From IMG/VR virus record IMGVR_UViG_3300034356_001766, positions 712 through 64,711 of that record: 64,000 bases of DNA; one strand, 5' to 3'. The position numbers were made by a program, and so were the translations under genes. Source of the stretch: a virus (Duplodnaviria > Caudoviricetes). The first letter of the stretch is position 1. Each line of letters starts with the position of its first letter. The notes beneath the pieces are model-generated. The model made no database searches. It saw only the letters and a program-made list of their open reading frames with translations, and was not told the origin of the DNA. Shown piece by piece: positions 1-9,481 of this stretch.

Positions 1-2
1 AT

Positions 3-677
3 TCTTTCCTACAAGCAAAGGGCTTGCCTTTTAACTCTATCAGCTCTACAGCATGGACTAATAAGATCTTCTCTCAGATTAAAACCCAGGCCGAAGCAGC
101 TTCTCGCAAGCTAGCCGAAGAGTACGGAGAGCCGGAATGGTGCAAGGGTACCGGGATGAGAAATACCCACCTCATCGCAATTGCCCCTACTGTCTCTAAC
201 AGCACTATCTCCGGAGGAGTATCAGCAGGCATTGAGCCGATACCGGCTAACATTTATACTTTTAACTCCGGCAAAGGAACGTTCATTAGAAAGAATCCTG
301 TCCTTGAGGAGTACCTAGAGAAGAAAGGCCATAACACCGAAGAGGTATGGGATCAGATCATGAAGGATAGAGGTTCGGTGACCGGGCTACCTGAAGACAT
401 TATGCCGGCTTATGATAAAGAGGTTTTTTATACCTTTACTGAGATTAACCAGCTAGCGTTAGTAGAGCAGGCCGCGGTCCGGCAGAAGTACATCGACCAG
501 ACTCAGTCATTGAATCTATCGTTTGATCCTACTGACTCTCCTAAGTTTATCAACCTGGTACACCAGACTGCCTGGAAGTTAGGAATTAAGACTCTTTACT
601 ATTTGCGGACTGACTCAGTGATCAACGGGGATATCGGTTCACGTACTTCAGAGGATTGTCTATCTTGTGACGGCTAG
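3..677 (+). CDS. nrdA: Ribonucleotide reductase class Ia large subunit, C-terminal part (5' end lies outside the window)
   Basis: Motifs MRNTHLIAIAPTVSNS, GIEP, QKYIDQTQSLN, GIKTLYYLR and a terminal CxxC (CLSCDG). Confidence 0.95.
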   Translation, partial: SFLQAKGLPFNSISSTAWTNKIFSQIKTQAEAASRKLAEEYGEPEWCKGTGMRNTHLIAIAPTVSNSTISGGVSAGIEPIPANIYTFNSGKGTFIRKNPVLEEYLEKKGHNTEEVWDQIMKDRGSVTGLPEDIMPAYDKEVFYTFTEINQLALVEQAAVRQKYIDQTQSLNLSFDPTDSPKFINLVHQTAWKLGIKTLYYLRTDSVINGDIGSRTSEDCLSCDG

Positions 678-701
678 ACTATTTATATTAAATCTTTGCA
701 T

Positions 702-1043
702 ATGAAATTAAGCGATATTATTCTCGAAAGTCTAACTAAGCAAGACAGAGTCGACGTCTCCAGGGAGATTTTAAAGCTAGCTAAAGAGATCGGACAATAC
801 GCCGGTCTAGACGACGGCATGGCAGCACGGGGTGTCGTCGCTATTGACGGAATACTAAGCAGCTACTTCTTAAGAGATTACGATGCCGCGGTTGAAAAAT
901 ACGGAGACGCAATCGAAAGCATTGAAGTAGAGACAACCAAGTACGGTCCTAAGGCAGCTGCTCTAAAGATCAACTTCAAACCAGGAATGGAACCAAAAGG
1001 TTTAACAGCAGCAGACGTTAGATCAGCAGGACGACTAGACTAA
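702..1043 (+). CDS. Hypothetical protein, possible internal head protein with MKLSDIILE leader
   Basis: ORF follows a TATTTATA motif at 680-687; no recognised domain. Confidence 0.6.
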   Translation: MKLSDIILESLTKQDRVDVSREILKLAKEIGQYAGLDDGMAARGVVAIDGILSSYFLRDYDAAVEKYGDAIESIEVETTKYGPKAAALKINFKPGMEPKGLTAADVRSAGRLD

Positions 1044-1368
1044 TTAGATGTTCTTAATTTTAACAGTTATACTGGCTGTACTAGTAGTCGTAGCTTTGCT
1101 ATACTATATCTTCAAGTTAAAACAAGAGATCTGCACTCTAAAAGAACAGCACATCCAAGACCTACAGTCTAAGATTTTACAGCAATGGAACCAAAAAGTC
1201 TAACGCTAGCAAACATTGGACCAAAACTAGATTAATTATATGGTATTAGTTTTAGCAGTTATACTAGTTGTACTAGTAGTCGCAGTTTCATTTTACTACA
1301 TCTCTAAGTTAAAACAGGAGATCTACGCTCTAAAAGAGCAGCACACCCTAGACCTACAATCTAAAATT
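982..1368 (+). repeat. Diverged tandem duplication of about 195 bp (copy 1 ~982-1177, copy 2 ~1180-1368)
   Basis: Shared blocks such as aatggaaccaaaa, cagttatact, tgtactagtagtcg, aagttaaaaca and agacctaca occur in both copies in the same order. Confidence 0.85.
1048..1203 (+). CDS. 51-aa membrane peptide, truncated paralog of the N-terminus of the downstream resolvase-like gene
   Basis: Translated by hand: MFLILTVILAVLVVVALLYYIFKLKQEICTLKEQHIQDLQSKILQQWNQKV; aligns with MVLVLAVILVVLVVAVSFYYISKLKQEIYALKEQHTLDLQSKI. Confidence 0.55.
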   Translation: MFLILTVILAVLVVVALLYYIFKLKQEICTLKEQHIQDLQSKILQQWNQKV

Positions 1369-1674
1369 AGTGCGGCACGTACTGACGCTAAAAAAAGAAG
1401 TACAGCCGTGCAGTGGGGAAAAAGCATTGAGCATTTTGTGCCTTTCACCAGTAAGTTTCCAATCCCGGCTGAAGACGTCTCCTTCCTAGGAATGCCCATT
1501 GACTACGTAGGATTTACAGACACAGGCAGTAAAACCAAGTGTGCAGTTCATTTTGTGGAAGTAAAAAGCGGAAATGCTTTCTTAATGGATAAGCAAAAAA
1601 ACATTAAGACAGCCATTCTAGAGAAGAGAGTGCATTGGCACGAAATCTCCATAGAAGGCAATACGGAAGATTAA
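1240..1674 (+). CDS. Membrane-anchored Holliday-junction-resolvase-like PD-(D/E)XK endonuclease (Endonuc_Holl-like)
   Basis: N-terminal TM helix, coiled coil, then GKSIEHFVPF...FLGMPIDYVGF...FVEVKSG. Confidence 0.8.
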   Translation: MVLVLAVILVVLVVAVSFYYISKLKQEIYALKEQHTLDLQSKISAARTDAKKRSTAVQWGKSIEHFVPFTSKFPIPAEDVSFLGMPIDYVGFTDTGSKTKCAVHFVEVKSGNAFLMDKQKNIKTAILEKRVHWHEISIEGNTED

Positions 1675-1675
1675 T

Positions 1676-1698
1676 AAAAGGCCTTTCGACCTTTTTTT
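1676..1698. terminator. Probable bidirectional intrinsic terminator between convergent genes
   Basis: AAAAGG-CCTTTCGA-CCTTTT followed by a T run. Confidence 0.55.
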
Positions 1699-1906
1699 AC
1701 TTATCTTTAGGTGTATTGGTCTGAGCTACTAATTGAGCATACTGATCTTTAGTGAATTCACTCTTAGTAACGATCACTACTTTATCATCATAGATATAAG
1801 CAACCCTACTGTAGTTAGGTTTTTTAGAAGATACAGCTACCGATTCAGGAACCGAGCATGAGGTTATTAAGATAAGACTTAAGAAAGTAATAAGTATTTT
1901 TTTCAT
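1697..1906 (-). CDS. Small predicted lipoprotein; the only convincing minus-strand gene
   Basis: MKK, hydrophobic stretch, lipobox ITSC; fills an otherwise empty gap. Confidence 0.75.
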   Translation of the reverse strand: MKKILITFLSLILITSCSVPESVAVSSKKPNYSRVAYIYDDKVVIVTKSEFTKDQYAQLVAQTNTPKDK

Positions 1907-1958
1907 AGGAGTTAATATTACGTTAATATATAGTTAAACTTCTCTTAAACTTGAAAGA

Positions 1959-1990
1959 GTTGTATATTAAGTTTTTCGTTCCTATCTTTA
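1959..1990 (+). promoter_or_regulatory. Bacteroidota sigma70-type promoter
   Basis: GTTG (1959-62), 20 nt, TATCTTTA (1983-90), 11 nt before the ATG. Confidence 0.75.
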
Positions 1991-2001
1991 TAGAAATATA
2001 A

Positions 2002-2202
2002 ATGGTTATGACACGAAAAGAACTTTTAGAATATACCCGAACCGAAAAGCTTGATAAGCTCTTCATACTGGCAAGTCAAATGGATACTCTCGCTTTTAAG
2101 AGTGTTCAACAGCTTGAGAGCCTGATAGCTCAAAAGACTGAACTAGAGCGTGACCTCGGTCTGCTTAATGAGCGTCTCTCTAGGTTGAACGAAGAAAAGT
2201 AG
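2002..2202 (+). CDS. Hypothetical coiled-coil protein
   Basis: ORF directly after a promoter motif. Confidence 0.6.
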   Translation: MVMTRKELLEYTRTEKLDKLFILASQMDTLAFKSVQQLESLIAQKTELERDLGLLNERLSRLNEEK

Positions 2203-2204
2203 TC

Positions 2205-2762
2205 ATGCTTTACACCTACGATAAGAAAGGGGTGCAGTATAAAAAATTACTGCAAACCAAGCTAGGCACTAGTCTAGGAATTGCAATAGGGTTATCGCTT
2301 GCTATCTCTTACGGGGTAGGGCGGTTTACTTGGATTAACAGTCTTTCGGAATACGAGAAGAATATACTGCTTATCAACATGAAGCAGACCCCTTTCAGCG
2401 AAGATGAACTAATCTTACTTATGAAAGACTTGGGAGTTAAGTTCCCTCACATAGTACTAGCTCAGTCAAAGCTTGAGACTAACAACTACCGGTCCGGGAT
2501 CTTCAAAGAGAATCATAATCTCTTTGGGATGAAAGAGGCCCGGTCTAGGATCAGTACCGCCAGAGGCACCAATCGCAACCACGCCTACTACGATACCTGG
2601 GAGAGCTCGGTCTACGACTATGCCTTCTACCAGTGCAGATACCTCAGCGCTATCAGAAACGAAACCCAGTACTATAGCTACCTCTCCGGCAGCTACGCCG
2701 AAGATCCTTTGTACGTTCAGAAGGTAAAAAAACTTGCTGGAGAGTTAAAAAATAAGTTCTAA
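2205..2762 (+). CDS. Membrane-anchored glucosaminidase (GH73-like peptidoglycan hydrolase)
   Basis: IVLAQSKLET, NHNLFGMK, YDTWESSV and YAEDPLY motifs. Confidence 0.85.
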   Translation: MLYTYDKKGVQYKKLLQTKLGTSLGIAIGLSLAISYGVGRFTWINSLSEYEKNILLINMKQTPFSEDELILLMKDLGVKFPHIVLAQSKLETNNYRSGIFKENHNLFGMKEARSRISTARGTNRNHAYYDTWESSVYDYAFYQCRYLSAIRNETQYYSYLSGSYAEDPLYVQKVKKLAGELKNKF

Positions 2763-3283
2763 TGAAAAAGTATCTGCTTTTACTACTGCCGCTGCTAGTA
2801 AGCTGCGAACCAGAGCCTCAACCTGTAGCTAAGTATGGAACTGCTTTCCGACTTAATAACAACACATTCGGCGTCAACGACTTCAGGATTGCAGATTCAG
2901 GTTATTTTGCTATCTCACATGGATCGCTAGACTTTGGACGCAACTTCTACCGCTCTCACGAAACCTACCCTGACTTTCAAGATTCAATTGGGTACATTTA
3001 CTTTAACGGCCAAGGTTGTGGAGAAATTAAATACGTAAATCAAGATACTATACAGCAAGTTATTTCTTTTAACTATACTTGGAGCGACAAAGACTACAAC
3101 TATCAGTACTTAACTGTTGAGTTTGCTGACGTACCGGTCCGGACTTGGTCCCGAACTGAGCCTTTATATGTTTTCGGGTATGAAAAAGTTGGGAAATACT
3201 GGTGCTACAGAACTACGATGGCAAGGTATTCTGGTGACTGGAGCTGGGCAGGAAACTTTCTTAAGAGTAATGTTGTTCAATAG
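2762..3283 (+). CDS. Predicted lipoprotein
   Basis: MKKYLLLLLPLLVSC lipobox. Confidence 0.7.
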   Translation: MKKYLLLLLPLLVSCEPEPQPVAKYGTAFRLNNNTFGVNDFRIADSGYFAISHGSLDFGRNFYRSHETYPDFQDSIGYIYFNGQGCGEIKYVNQDTIQQVISFNYTWSDKDYNYQYLTVEFADVPVRTWSRTEPLYVFGYEKVGKYWCYRTTMARYSGDWSWAGNFLKSNVVQ

Positions 3284-3307
3284 AAAAATACTTCATATCT
3301 TTAAGTA

Positions 3308-3739
3308 ATGAAAATCAAGTCTATGACCCACAAACTTAAGCGTCTGACCCAGAAGCTAGGCATTCAAATCCACCGGATGATAGAACCTACTAAATACCAA
3401 GCCCCTAAAGGTGAGTATGAGATCGAGGCTCTAGCAATATGCAGGAAGCTGGCTAGCCGAAAGTCTAGTACCCTGCTTATGTCTCCGATCTCCGGCAAGC
3501 GTTACATCCGGAGTAAGGACAATCAGATCCATGTTATTATTGACGGGCACCTTATTACCATCGTAAATCACTCCTACAGCTATGTAATCCCGGTAGAGGG
3601 CCGCTCCCATGAACGCCTTATCCGGATGTTTGATATGGAGGTCGAGCTACGAAGAGGTGTGATGGAGTCTGAGATCCGAGCTAATATCAAGCACTCTCTA
3701 TCTAATATTTATCAAAATCTGCTCAATGAACAAGTTTAA
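3308..3739 (+). CDS. Hypothetical protein
   Basis: ORF after promoter GTTG(3272)-N20-TATCTTTA(3296). Confidence 0.65.
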   Translation: MKIKSMTHKLKRLTQKLGIQIHRMIEPTKYQAPKGEYEIEALAICRKLASRKSSTLLMSPISGKRYIRSKDNQIHVIIDGHLITIVNHSYSYVIPVEGRSHERLIRMFDMEVELRRGVMESEIRANIKHSLSNIYQNLLNEQV

Positions 3740-4022
3740 ATACCTCCAGCTAGTAGGAACGCTCACTATCCTAATACCTATAGCAGTTATAGCAGGGATG
3801 GGGGTAGTCTACAGTCTCCCCAAAGCCCCTCAAGCAATCGACACTACTACAGTTCCTGAGGTTCTTGAACTTCCTAAGACCGACACTGTAGTAATAGTAA
3901 AGGAAATTCAGAAGGTAGCTCTACCTCCTGCGATCGTACAGAAACCTCTACCAACTACTATCCCAGTATCAATCAAAGATACGGCAGAAAAAATTGCTGT
4001 AAAGTTGGACACCGCTCAATAG
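3726..4022 (+). CDS. Hypothetical membrane protein
   Basis: N-terminal TM segment and Pro/Thr/Val-rich tail. Confidence 0.55.
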   Translation: MNKFKYLQLVGTLTILIPIAVIAGMGVVYSLPKAPQAIDTTTVPEVLELPKTDTVVIVKEIQKVALPPAIVQKPLPTTIPVSIKDTAEKIAVKLDTAQ

Positions 4023-4127
4023 TTTCATATCTTTAAGAACTAATAAAACAAAATATGTTTGCACTAGGAATAATTGTAATTGTACTTCTACTAGCCATTT
4101 TAGGTAAACTAGAAAAGAATAAATAAA

Positions 4128-4814
4128 ATGAAAATCACATTCATCAGCGACACTCACACTAAACACGAGGAAATCAGTAAAGATCTTCCTGGTGGTGATT
4201 TGATCATTCATGCTGGTGATTTGATGAACTCAGGTTACGAGCCAATTGATATTACTCGATTTGTTAACTGGTACAGTTCATTGCTTACAATGGATTATAA
4301 ACACCGAGTGTTTATTGCTGGTAATCACGATCGAATGTTTGAAGATAATCCTGAATTAACTAAGGAGTTAATCAATGCCTATAGTGGTGGATTGATTTAC
4401 TTACAAGATCAAACTCACGTTATTGATGGTGTAAAAATTTATGGTTCACCTTGGCAACCAGCATTTTACGATTGGGCGTTTAACCTACCAAGATGTGGTC
4501 AAGATTTAATGCGAGTATGGAATGCAATTCCAAACAATACTGATATCTTAATTACACACGGACCACCATTTGGTCATTGTGATGTCACCCCTTCCGGTAA
4601 CCTAAATGTAGGTTGTGAGCTACTTAGGGTTCGAGTGGATGAAATCAAACCTAAAATTCATGTTTTTGGACACGTTCATTCAGGTTATGGTTACAAGTTC
4701 TATGAAGGTACTCATTTTATTAATGCTGCTGTATTAAACGAAAGATACAAATACGCAAACAAACCACTTACTGTTGAGTGGGATCCTGAAACCAACGAAT
4801 TAGAATTTATTTAG
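4128..4814 (+). CDS. Metallophosphoesterase (calcineurin-like, MPPED/239FB type)
   Basis: ISDTH, HAGD, AGNHD, ITHGPP and FGHVH motifs. Confidence 0.93.
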   Translation: MKITFISDTHTKHEEISKDLPGGDLIIHAGDLMNSGYEPIDITRFVNWYSSLLTMDYKHRVFIAGNHDRMFEDNPELTKELINAYSGGLIYLQDQTHVIDGVKIYGSPWQPAFYDWAFNLPRCGQDLMRVWNAIPNNTDILITHGPPFGHCDVTPSGNLNVGCELLRVRVDEIKPKIHVFGHVHSGYGYKFYEGTHFINAAVLNERYKYANKPLTVEWDPETNELEFI

Positions 4815-4816
4815 TT

Positions 4817-5401
4817 ATGAGAAACTTTGAATTTCTAAAAATACTTAACTCCCCGTTTAAGATACCTCGGGTTAAGTTTTATATCGGTAAGGTGGCTATT
4901 GGTACACCATATTTTCATCCACGCAATTGGGTTAAACCAACCCCTAAAATGGCTATGGATGAAGCTAAAAAGGAGTTAGCACGTAGGGAGAAGTGGAATA
5001 ACGCAAATCCCGATGTTCAATTTAAACAAACTATTATACCACTTGATGAGATGTATAAAGAAAAACTACGTTACCGATTCCCAGTTCCTAAAAAGATTGG
5101 ATTTGATTTCGTAGGACTAGGTTATAAAACTAAATGGAGTGAAACCGATTACAGGCATGAATGGAATCCTATCTGGTCTTTTGTATTTTTTAAATGGCAG
5201 ATTGCTTTAATATTTACTTCTCCAGAACGTGAGTGTAACTCTCAATACTGGGAGGCTTGGTTGTATTATCAGTACCACACTAAAGGAAGTAAACAAGAAC
5301 GTATTGAACAATGTAAGAAAGATTACCCTCAGAAATATACTATTAACAGTGTTAATGGTGATATGAAAAAGGTTAATTACTATGATATTATTTTAAAATG
5401 A
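4817..5401 (+). CDS. Hypothetical protein
   Basis: 194-aa ORF in a tight gene array. Confidence 0.65.
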   Translation: MRNFEFLKILNSPFKIPRVKFYIGKVAIGTPYFHPRNWVKPTPKMAMDEAKKELARREKWNNANPDVQFKQTIIPLDEMYKEKLRYRFPVPKKIGFDFVGLGYKTKWSETDYRHEWNPIWSFVFFKWQIALIFTSPERECNSQYWEAWLYYQYHTKGSKQERIEQCKKDYPQKYTINSVNGDMKKVNYYDIILK

Positions 5402-5646
5402 AACCAATGACTGAACAAACCTTTATTGATTTAGGATTTAAACGTAATGACGTTACAGTAGATGGTCAGGACTTCTACTACTATACTCTCGATATTGGAA
5501 ATACTTTTTTAACTACAAATGCGAGTGATGAAGCAGAACGGATTGGGTGGGAATGTTGGAAAGCTACCCTACCTGATAATCCACTAGCAAGTGAAGTTAA
5601 AGATTTAAGTGAGCTAGAAAATCTAGTTCGTACTCTTCAAAATTAA
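5398..5646 (+). CDS. Hypothetical protein, paralog of 6746..6997
   Basis: Shared MTE..F..LGF, DFYYYTLDIG, TN..DEA and DLE.LVR segments. Confidence 0.7.
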   Translation: MKPMTEQTFIDLGFKRNDVTVDGQDFYYYTLDIGNTFLTTNASDEAERIGWECWKATLPDNPLASEVKDLSELENLVRTLQN

Positions 5647-5652
5647 AGTAAT

Positions 5653-5889
5653 ATGAAAAAAGAACAATTTTTAGAACAAATGAATCAATGGTATGATAAT
5701 TCAGATGCACATTATGATAGTTTTGTAGAGCAATTCAGTAAAGATAAAGAGGGGTTAATTGAACTACTAGCCTTAGTAGGTCAATCAACCTCAACAACTT
5801 CAGTGAACGCTGCTAAATTATTTGAACCTAAAAGTAAAGAAGAGTGGTTATTGGATATCTTAAAACCATTTAACACCAAAGAGAAATGA
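5653..5889 (+). CDS. Hypothetical protein
   Basis: ORF in array. Confidence 0.55.
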   Translation: MKKEQFLEQMNQWYDNSDAHYDSFVEQFSKDKEGLIELLALVGQSTSTTSVNAAKLFEPKSKEEWLLDILKPFNTKEK

Positions 5890-6100
5890 GAACTCCGCCC
5901 GCTTATAGCGCATTAGGATTCAGCAAGCGGAAAGCTACCGCCCTGATTAACGGAGTCTTTTTCTTTAACACCAATAAAAATGCCTAAATATCTTAAAACC
6001 GCATTTGTAAGAGAACTAGAACAACAGGTTAGAAGAGGTGAACTTTCACACACCCGAATGCTTGACTTAATCCAAGATGAGGTAATTAAAAATTACAACG

Positions 6101-6457
6101 ATGAGCAAACTCAAGCAAACTAAAATTCCAATGACATTAGAAGATAATGTTATGAAGGTTGCTCTTGAACAAGGAGTAATTGAAAACGAATTCAATTGGA
6201 AATTAGTTCGTGAGCGAGACGGACTAACTAACCAATCTAAGGAAGTAATGTGGGTTGAATGGAATCAAGAAAATAAGTTTAAAGCCCGTCACGATAAACC
6301 AGCAATTGGCTATTCTTTGATTATGTCTCCACTTAATCAGTTCTTTACTTGGCAAACAACTCCTATTACAGAGGTGTTGGAAAAACGAGAAAATTTTCTT
6401 AAATTTAAGACTAAGAACTCAGTATACGAATTATGGAAGCTAAACGCAAACGATTAA
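6101..6457 (+). CDS. Hypothetical phage protein
   Basis: ORF with WQTTPITEV...FKTKNSVYEL segment. Confidence 0.65.
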   Translation: MSKLKQTKIPMTLEDNVMKVALEQGVIENEFNWKLVRERDGLTNQSKEVMWVEWNQENKFKARHDKPAIGYSLIMSPLNQFFTWQTTPITEVLEKRENFLKFKTKNSVYELWKLNAND

Positions 6458-6744
6458 CTCGAGACCAAAAAAAAGACAAAGCAATTGTTGATTTAATCAA
6501 TCAAATGTTTATTATTGCCGGTCACGATGTTACCTATGATGATATTGTAGGTGTAAAGGATTGGTTTAGAGAATACACAATGACTGTTGAACAGGGTGAG
6601 GAATTCAAAAAATGGGGTAAAAAATATCTTATGAAGGAATTACGCGAATCAGCTAAATCAGCAGAACGTGAAATGTCGTGGTTTAATCTACAGTGGGGTT
6701 TGACTTACAGTAACTGGGAAGATTATCATAAAATAAAGAAATAA
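6433..6744 (+). CDS. Hypothetical protein
   Basis: ORF overlapping its upstream neighbour. Confidence 0.65.
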   Translation: MEAKRKRLTRDQKKDKAIVDLINQMFIIAGHDVTYDDIVGVKDWFREYTMTVEQGEEFKKWGKKYLMKELRESAKSAEREMSWFNLQWGLTYSNWEDYHKIKK

Positions 6745-6745
6745 T

Positions 6746-6997
6746 ATGACTGAGGAGATTTTTGAAAAATTAGGCTTTGTAAAAGAAGTAGTAACACCTG
6801 AAGATTCAGGCCTTAATAGGGACTTCTACTACTACACCCTTGATATTGGCGATATTTGTATTATTACAAATTGCGATGATGAAGCAGCTAAGGAAGGTTG
6901 GGAAGCCTATATCTTTGATTCTCTATCTATGAGGGTTAAAGGTGAGGGTGATCTAGAGGACCTAGTTCGTATTATTAGAAATAATACCAATGGTTAA
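6746..6997 (+). CDS. Hypothetical protein, paralog of 5398..5646
   Basis: Shared DFYYYTLDIG motif. Confidence 0.7.
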   Translation: MTEEIFEKLGFVKEVVTPEDSGLNRDFYYYTLDIGDICIITNCDDEAAKEGWEAYIFDSLSMRVKGEGDLEDLVRIIRNNTNG

Positions 6998-7156
6998 GAA
7001 AAAGCAGGTATCTGAAAAGTGGGTTGTGATTGATTCAGACGATCACATCTACTACTACCCTACTTTCCTGGCTGCCTTGAAACATCCAGGCAGTAGGGTA
7101 AGCATAATGACAGAAGAATATTATACAACAGCTTATAAAGAAATTACAGCTAAGAC

Positions 7157-8233
7157 ATGAACAATCTAGATAAAACATACCAGGCACTACTTCAGGACAT
7201 CCTAGATAATGGAGTAGAGAAAACAGACAGAACAGGTACTGGAACAATCTCAGTATTCGGTCGTCAAATTAGACATAAAATGTCTGAAGGTTATCCTTTG
7301 CTTACTACCAAGAAAATGGCATTCAAAACTATGGTAACTGAGTTACTATGGTTTCTAAGAGGAGATACCAACATCAAGTATTTGGTTGATAATGGTTGTC
7401 ATATTTGGGATGGTGATGCTTACAAAAATTACCTTGATAATGTTAAGTCCGTTGAAGAAGGGAAACAGGTTGAAGAAAATGGAAAAATTTATACCTATAG
7501 AAAATATACTAAAGAAGAATTCGTTGATTATATTAAAAATGGAAAGGATATTGAATATAGAATATGGGCTGATTTAGGACCAATTTATGGTAAGCAATGG
7601 AGAAATTGGAATGGGGATAATTTTATTTATGGTGACCTTAAAAATGGTATAGACCAAATCGCAAACCTAATCAACGACCTTAAAACAAATCCAGACTCAA
7701 GACGATTGATGGTTAATGCTTGGAATGTGGGGGAGTTGGATAAAATGACTTTACCTCCTTGTCATTATGGATTTCAAGTTTATACAAGAGAGTTAAGTAG
7801 GGAAGAACGAATGAGAATTCTTTCAAAAACTCAACCAGTTCAGAGCTGGGAAGGTTATATGAAAAAAGATTTAGATGCGATTGGTGTTCCTAAACGAGCA
7901 ATCTCTTTAATGTGGAATCAACGCTCAGTAGATACATTCTTGGGTTTACCATTCAACATTGCTTCATACGGACTATTACTTGAAATGATTGCTAAGGAAG
8001 TAAATATGATCCCAGATGAATTGATTAGTAATCTAGGAGATGTTCATTTGTATAAGAATCATATCGAACAGGCAAAAGAACAAATCACTAGAGAGCCGTT
8101 TGAATTACCTAAATTAGGAATGAATTATAGAGAGGGAGAATATAATAAAAATTTAACAGATTTTATTCCTGATGATTTTTATCTTATAGATTATCAATCA
8201 CACCCAACAATTAAAGCACCTTTATCAAATTGA
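7157..8233 (+). CDS. thyA: Thymidylate synthase
   Basis: DRTGTGT, ELLWFLRGDTN, LGPIYGKQWR, LPPCH, QRSVD.FLGLPFNIASY and GDVHLY motifs. Confidence 0.98.
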   Translation: MNNLDKTYQALLQDILDNGVEKTDRTGTGTISVFGRQIRHKMSEGYPLLTTKKMAFKTMVTELLWFLRGDTNIKYLVDNGCHIWDGDAYKNYLDNVKSVEEGKQVEENGKIYTYRKYTKEEFVDYIKNGKDIEYRIWADLGPIYGKQWRNWNGDNFIYGDLKNGIDQIANLINDLKTNPDSRRLMVNAWNVGELDKMTLPPCHYGFQVYTRELSREERMRILSKTQPVQSWEGYMKKDLDAIGVPKRAISLMWNQRSVDTFLGLPFNIASYGLLLEMIAKEVNMIPDELISNLGDVHLYKNHIEQAKEQITREPFELPKLGMNYREGEYNKNLTDFIPDDFYLIDYQSHPTIKAPLSN

Positions 8234-8260
8234 TCGATATTTACTAATAAAAACATAACC

Positions 8261-8695
8261 ATGAAAAAATCAGAATTCAGTCAAATAATTAAGGAAATAC
8301 TTACCGAAGTGTTAAATGAAGCAACTACTGAATTTGAATTTAATCCTACTATATATGCAAAAGGCAATATTAAAGTTAAGGAAGGTGATGATTACTTAAA
8401 TGGTAAGGTAGTTGGTAAAAATTATACGTTTTTTAACACAGAAGTATCTCCGAATCCTACACTCAAGGTATCTAGATGGAAAGAAGGTAAAGAACCGAAC
8501 AACTATACAGTATATTTTTCAGTGCCTAGCGAGTTTGCTGAATCGTATAAGCCTTTAAGCTTAAAATTAAAATCAAGCGGTAAAATTGTTAGTAGCAATA
8601 ATACATCATCTGAACAGTATAGTCGATTTAATTTATCTAAAAACGAATTGATGTCTTTATTAGAACTATTTGCATCAATCACACCCAACAGTTAA
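8261..8695 (+). CDS. Hypothetical protein, possible internal head protein (IIKEILTEVLNE leader)
   Basis: Follows a TATTTACT motif at 8238. Confidence 0.6.
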   Translation: MKKSEFSQIIKEILTEVLNEATTEFEFNPTIYAKGNIKVKEGDDYLNGKVVGKNYTFFNTEVSPNPTLKVSRWKEGKEPNNYTVYFSVPSEFAESYKPLSLKLKSSGKIVSSNNTSSEQYSRFNLSKNELMSLLELFASITPNS

Positions 8696-8807
8696 AACAC
8701 CTTTATCTAACTAAAATTATGGAATGGTTAAAAGCAGGATTTCTCATTTTATTTGCACTATTTTTTTTAGCAAATGTTTTTCATCACTTTAGTTGGGATT
8801 TAGGATA

Positions 8808-9053
8808 ATGGACGAGAATAAATGGCATCACCGAATTATGCACCTAACTTCTTTTAGTTTAGGTATAATAGTATCAGCCTTAGTAATCTCAAAAGGACTG
8901 TTTAACCTAATGCTATATACGATAATTGGAAGTATAGCTATTCTACTATTTTCCTTTCTGTACAATTACGTACGCGGGATAGATTATATGGTTAAAAATC
9001 ATCCTGATTACGAAGGTGAAGACCTTTTCAATGAAGAAGAAACTAAATCCTAA
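8808..9053 (+). CDS. Hypothetical two-TM membrane protein
   Basis: Two hydrophobic segments; HPDYEGEDLF tail. Confidence 0.55.
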   Translation: MDENKWHHRIMHLTSFSLGIIVSALVISKGLFNLMLYTIIGSIAILLFSFLYNYVRGIDYMVKNHPDYEGEDLFNEEETKS

Positions 9054-9255
9054 CTTCAAGTTTAGGTCCGGTAAATACACGGACTGGACAGTGCAGGAGG
9101 TATTCGCTTCTGATCCCGGATACCTTAACTGGGTATATGACAATAAACCCCAGATGCTAAAAGGAGCCGAAGTCACCCCTGCTCAAGCTCCGGCACCCCT
9201 GCCTGTTGCAAGCTCAAAGTACATCCGACCTTCAAACTACGATGAAGCATTCTGA
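9031..9255 (+). CDS. Small protein with an exodeoxyribonuclease-X C-terminal/DUF3820-like domain
   Basis: FKFRSGKY...V.EV...DPGYLNWV pattern. Confidence 0.55.
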   Translation: MKKKLNPNFKFRSGKYTDWTVQEVFASDPGYLNWVYDNKPQMLKGAEVTPAQAPAPLPVASSKYIRPSNYDEAF

Positions 9256-9481
9256 GTGTTTTGATTAATTTTAGGTACGTTAAATACTGGAATGAAATTG
9301 CTGCTACCTATTTACTAATACGGGTGTAGGAGTTGGACCCTAGCAAATTTTTTCGTATATTAAATATTATCTATAATGGAAGTACTAGTTTCTATATTGC
9401 AAGGTTTCGGAGCAGTCTGTGGACTACTTTTACTATTTTATGTAAGTAAATCTATCGTACAAGCTATTCAGGGTAAATATA

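Noticed and set aside
982-1368. Repeat pair as a diversity-generating retroelement TR/VR
   Set aside because: Differences are not adenine-specific, the repeat spans a gene boundary and no reverse transcriptase is present
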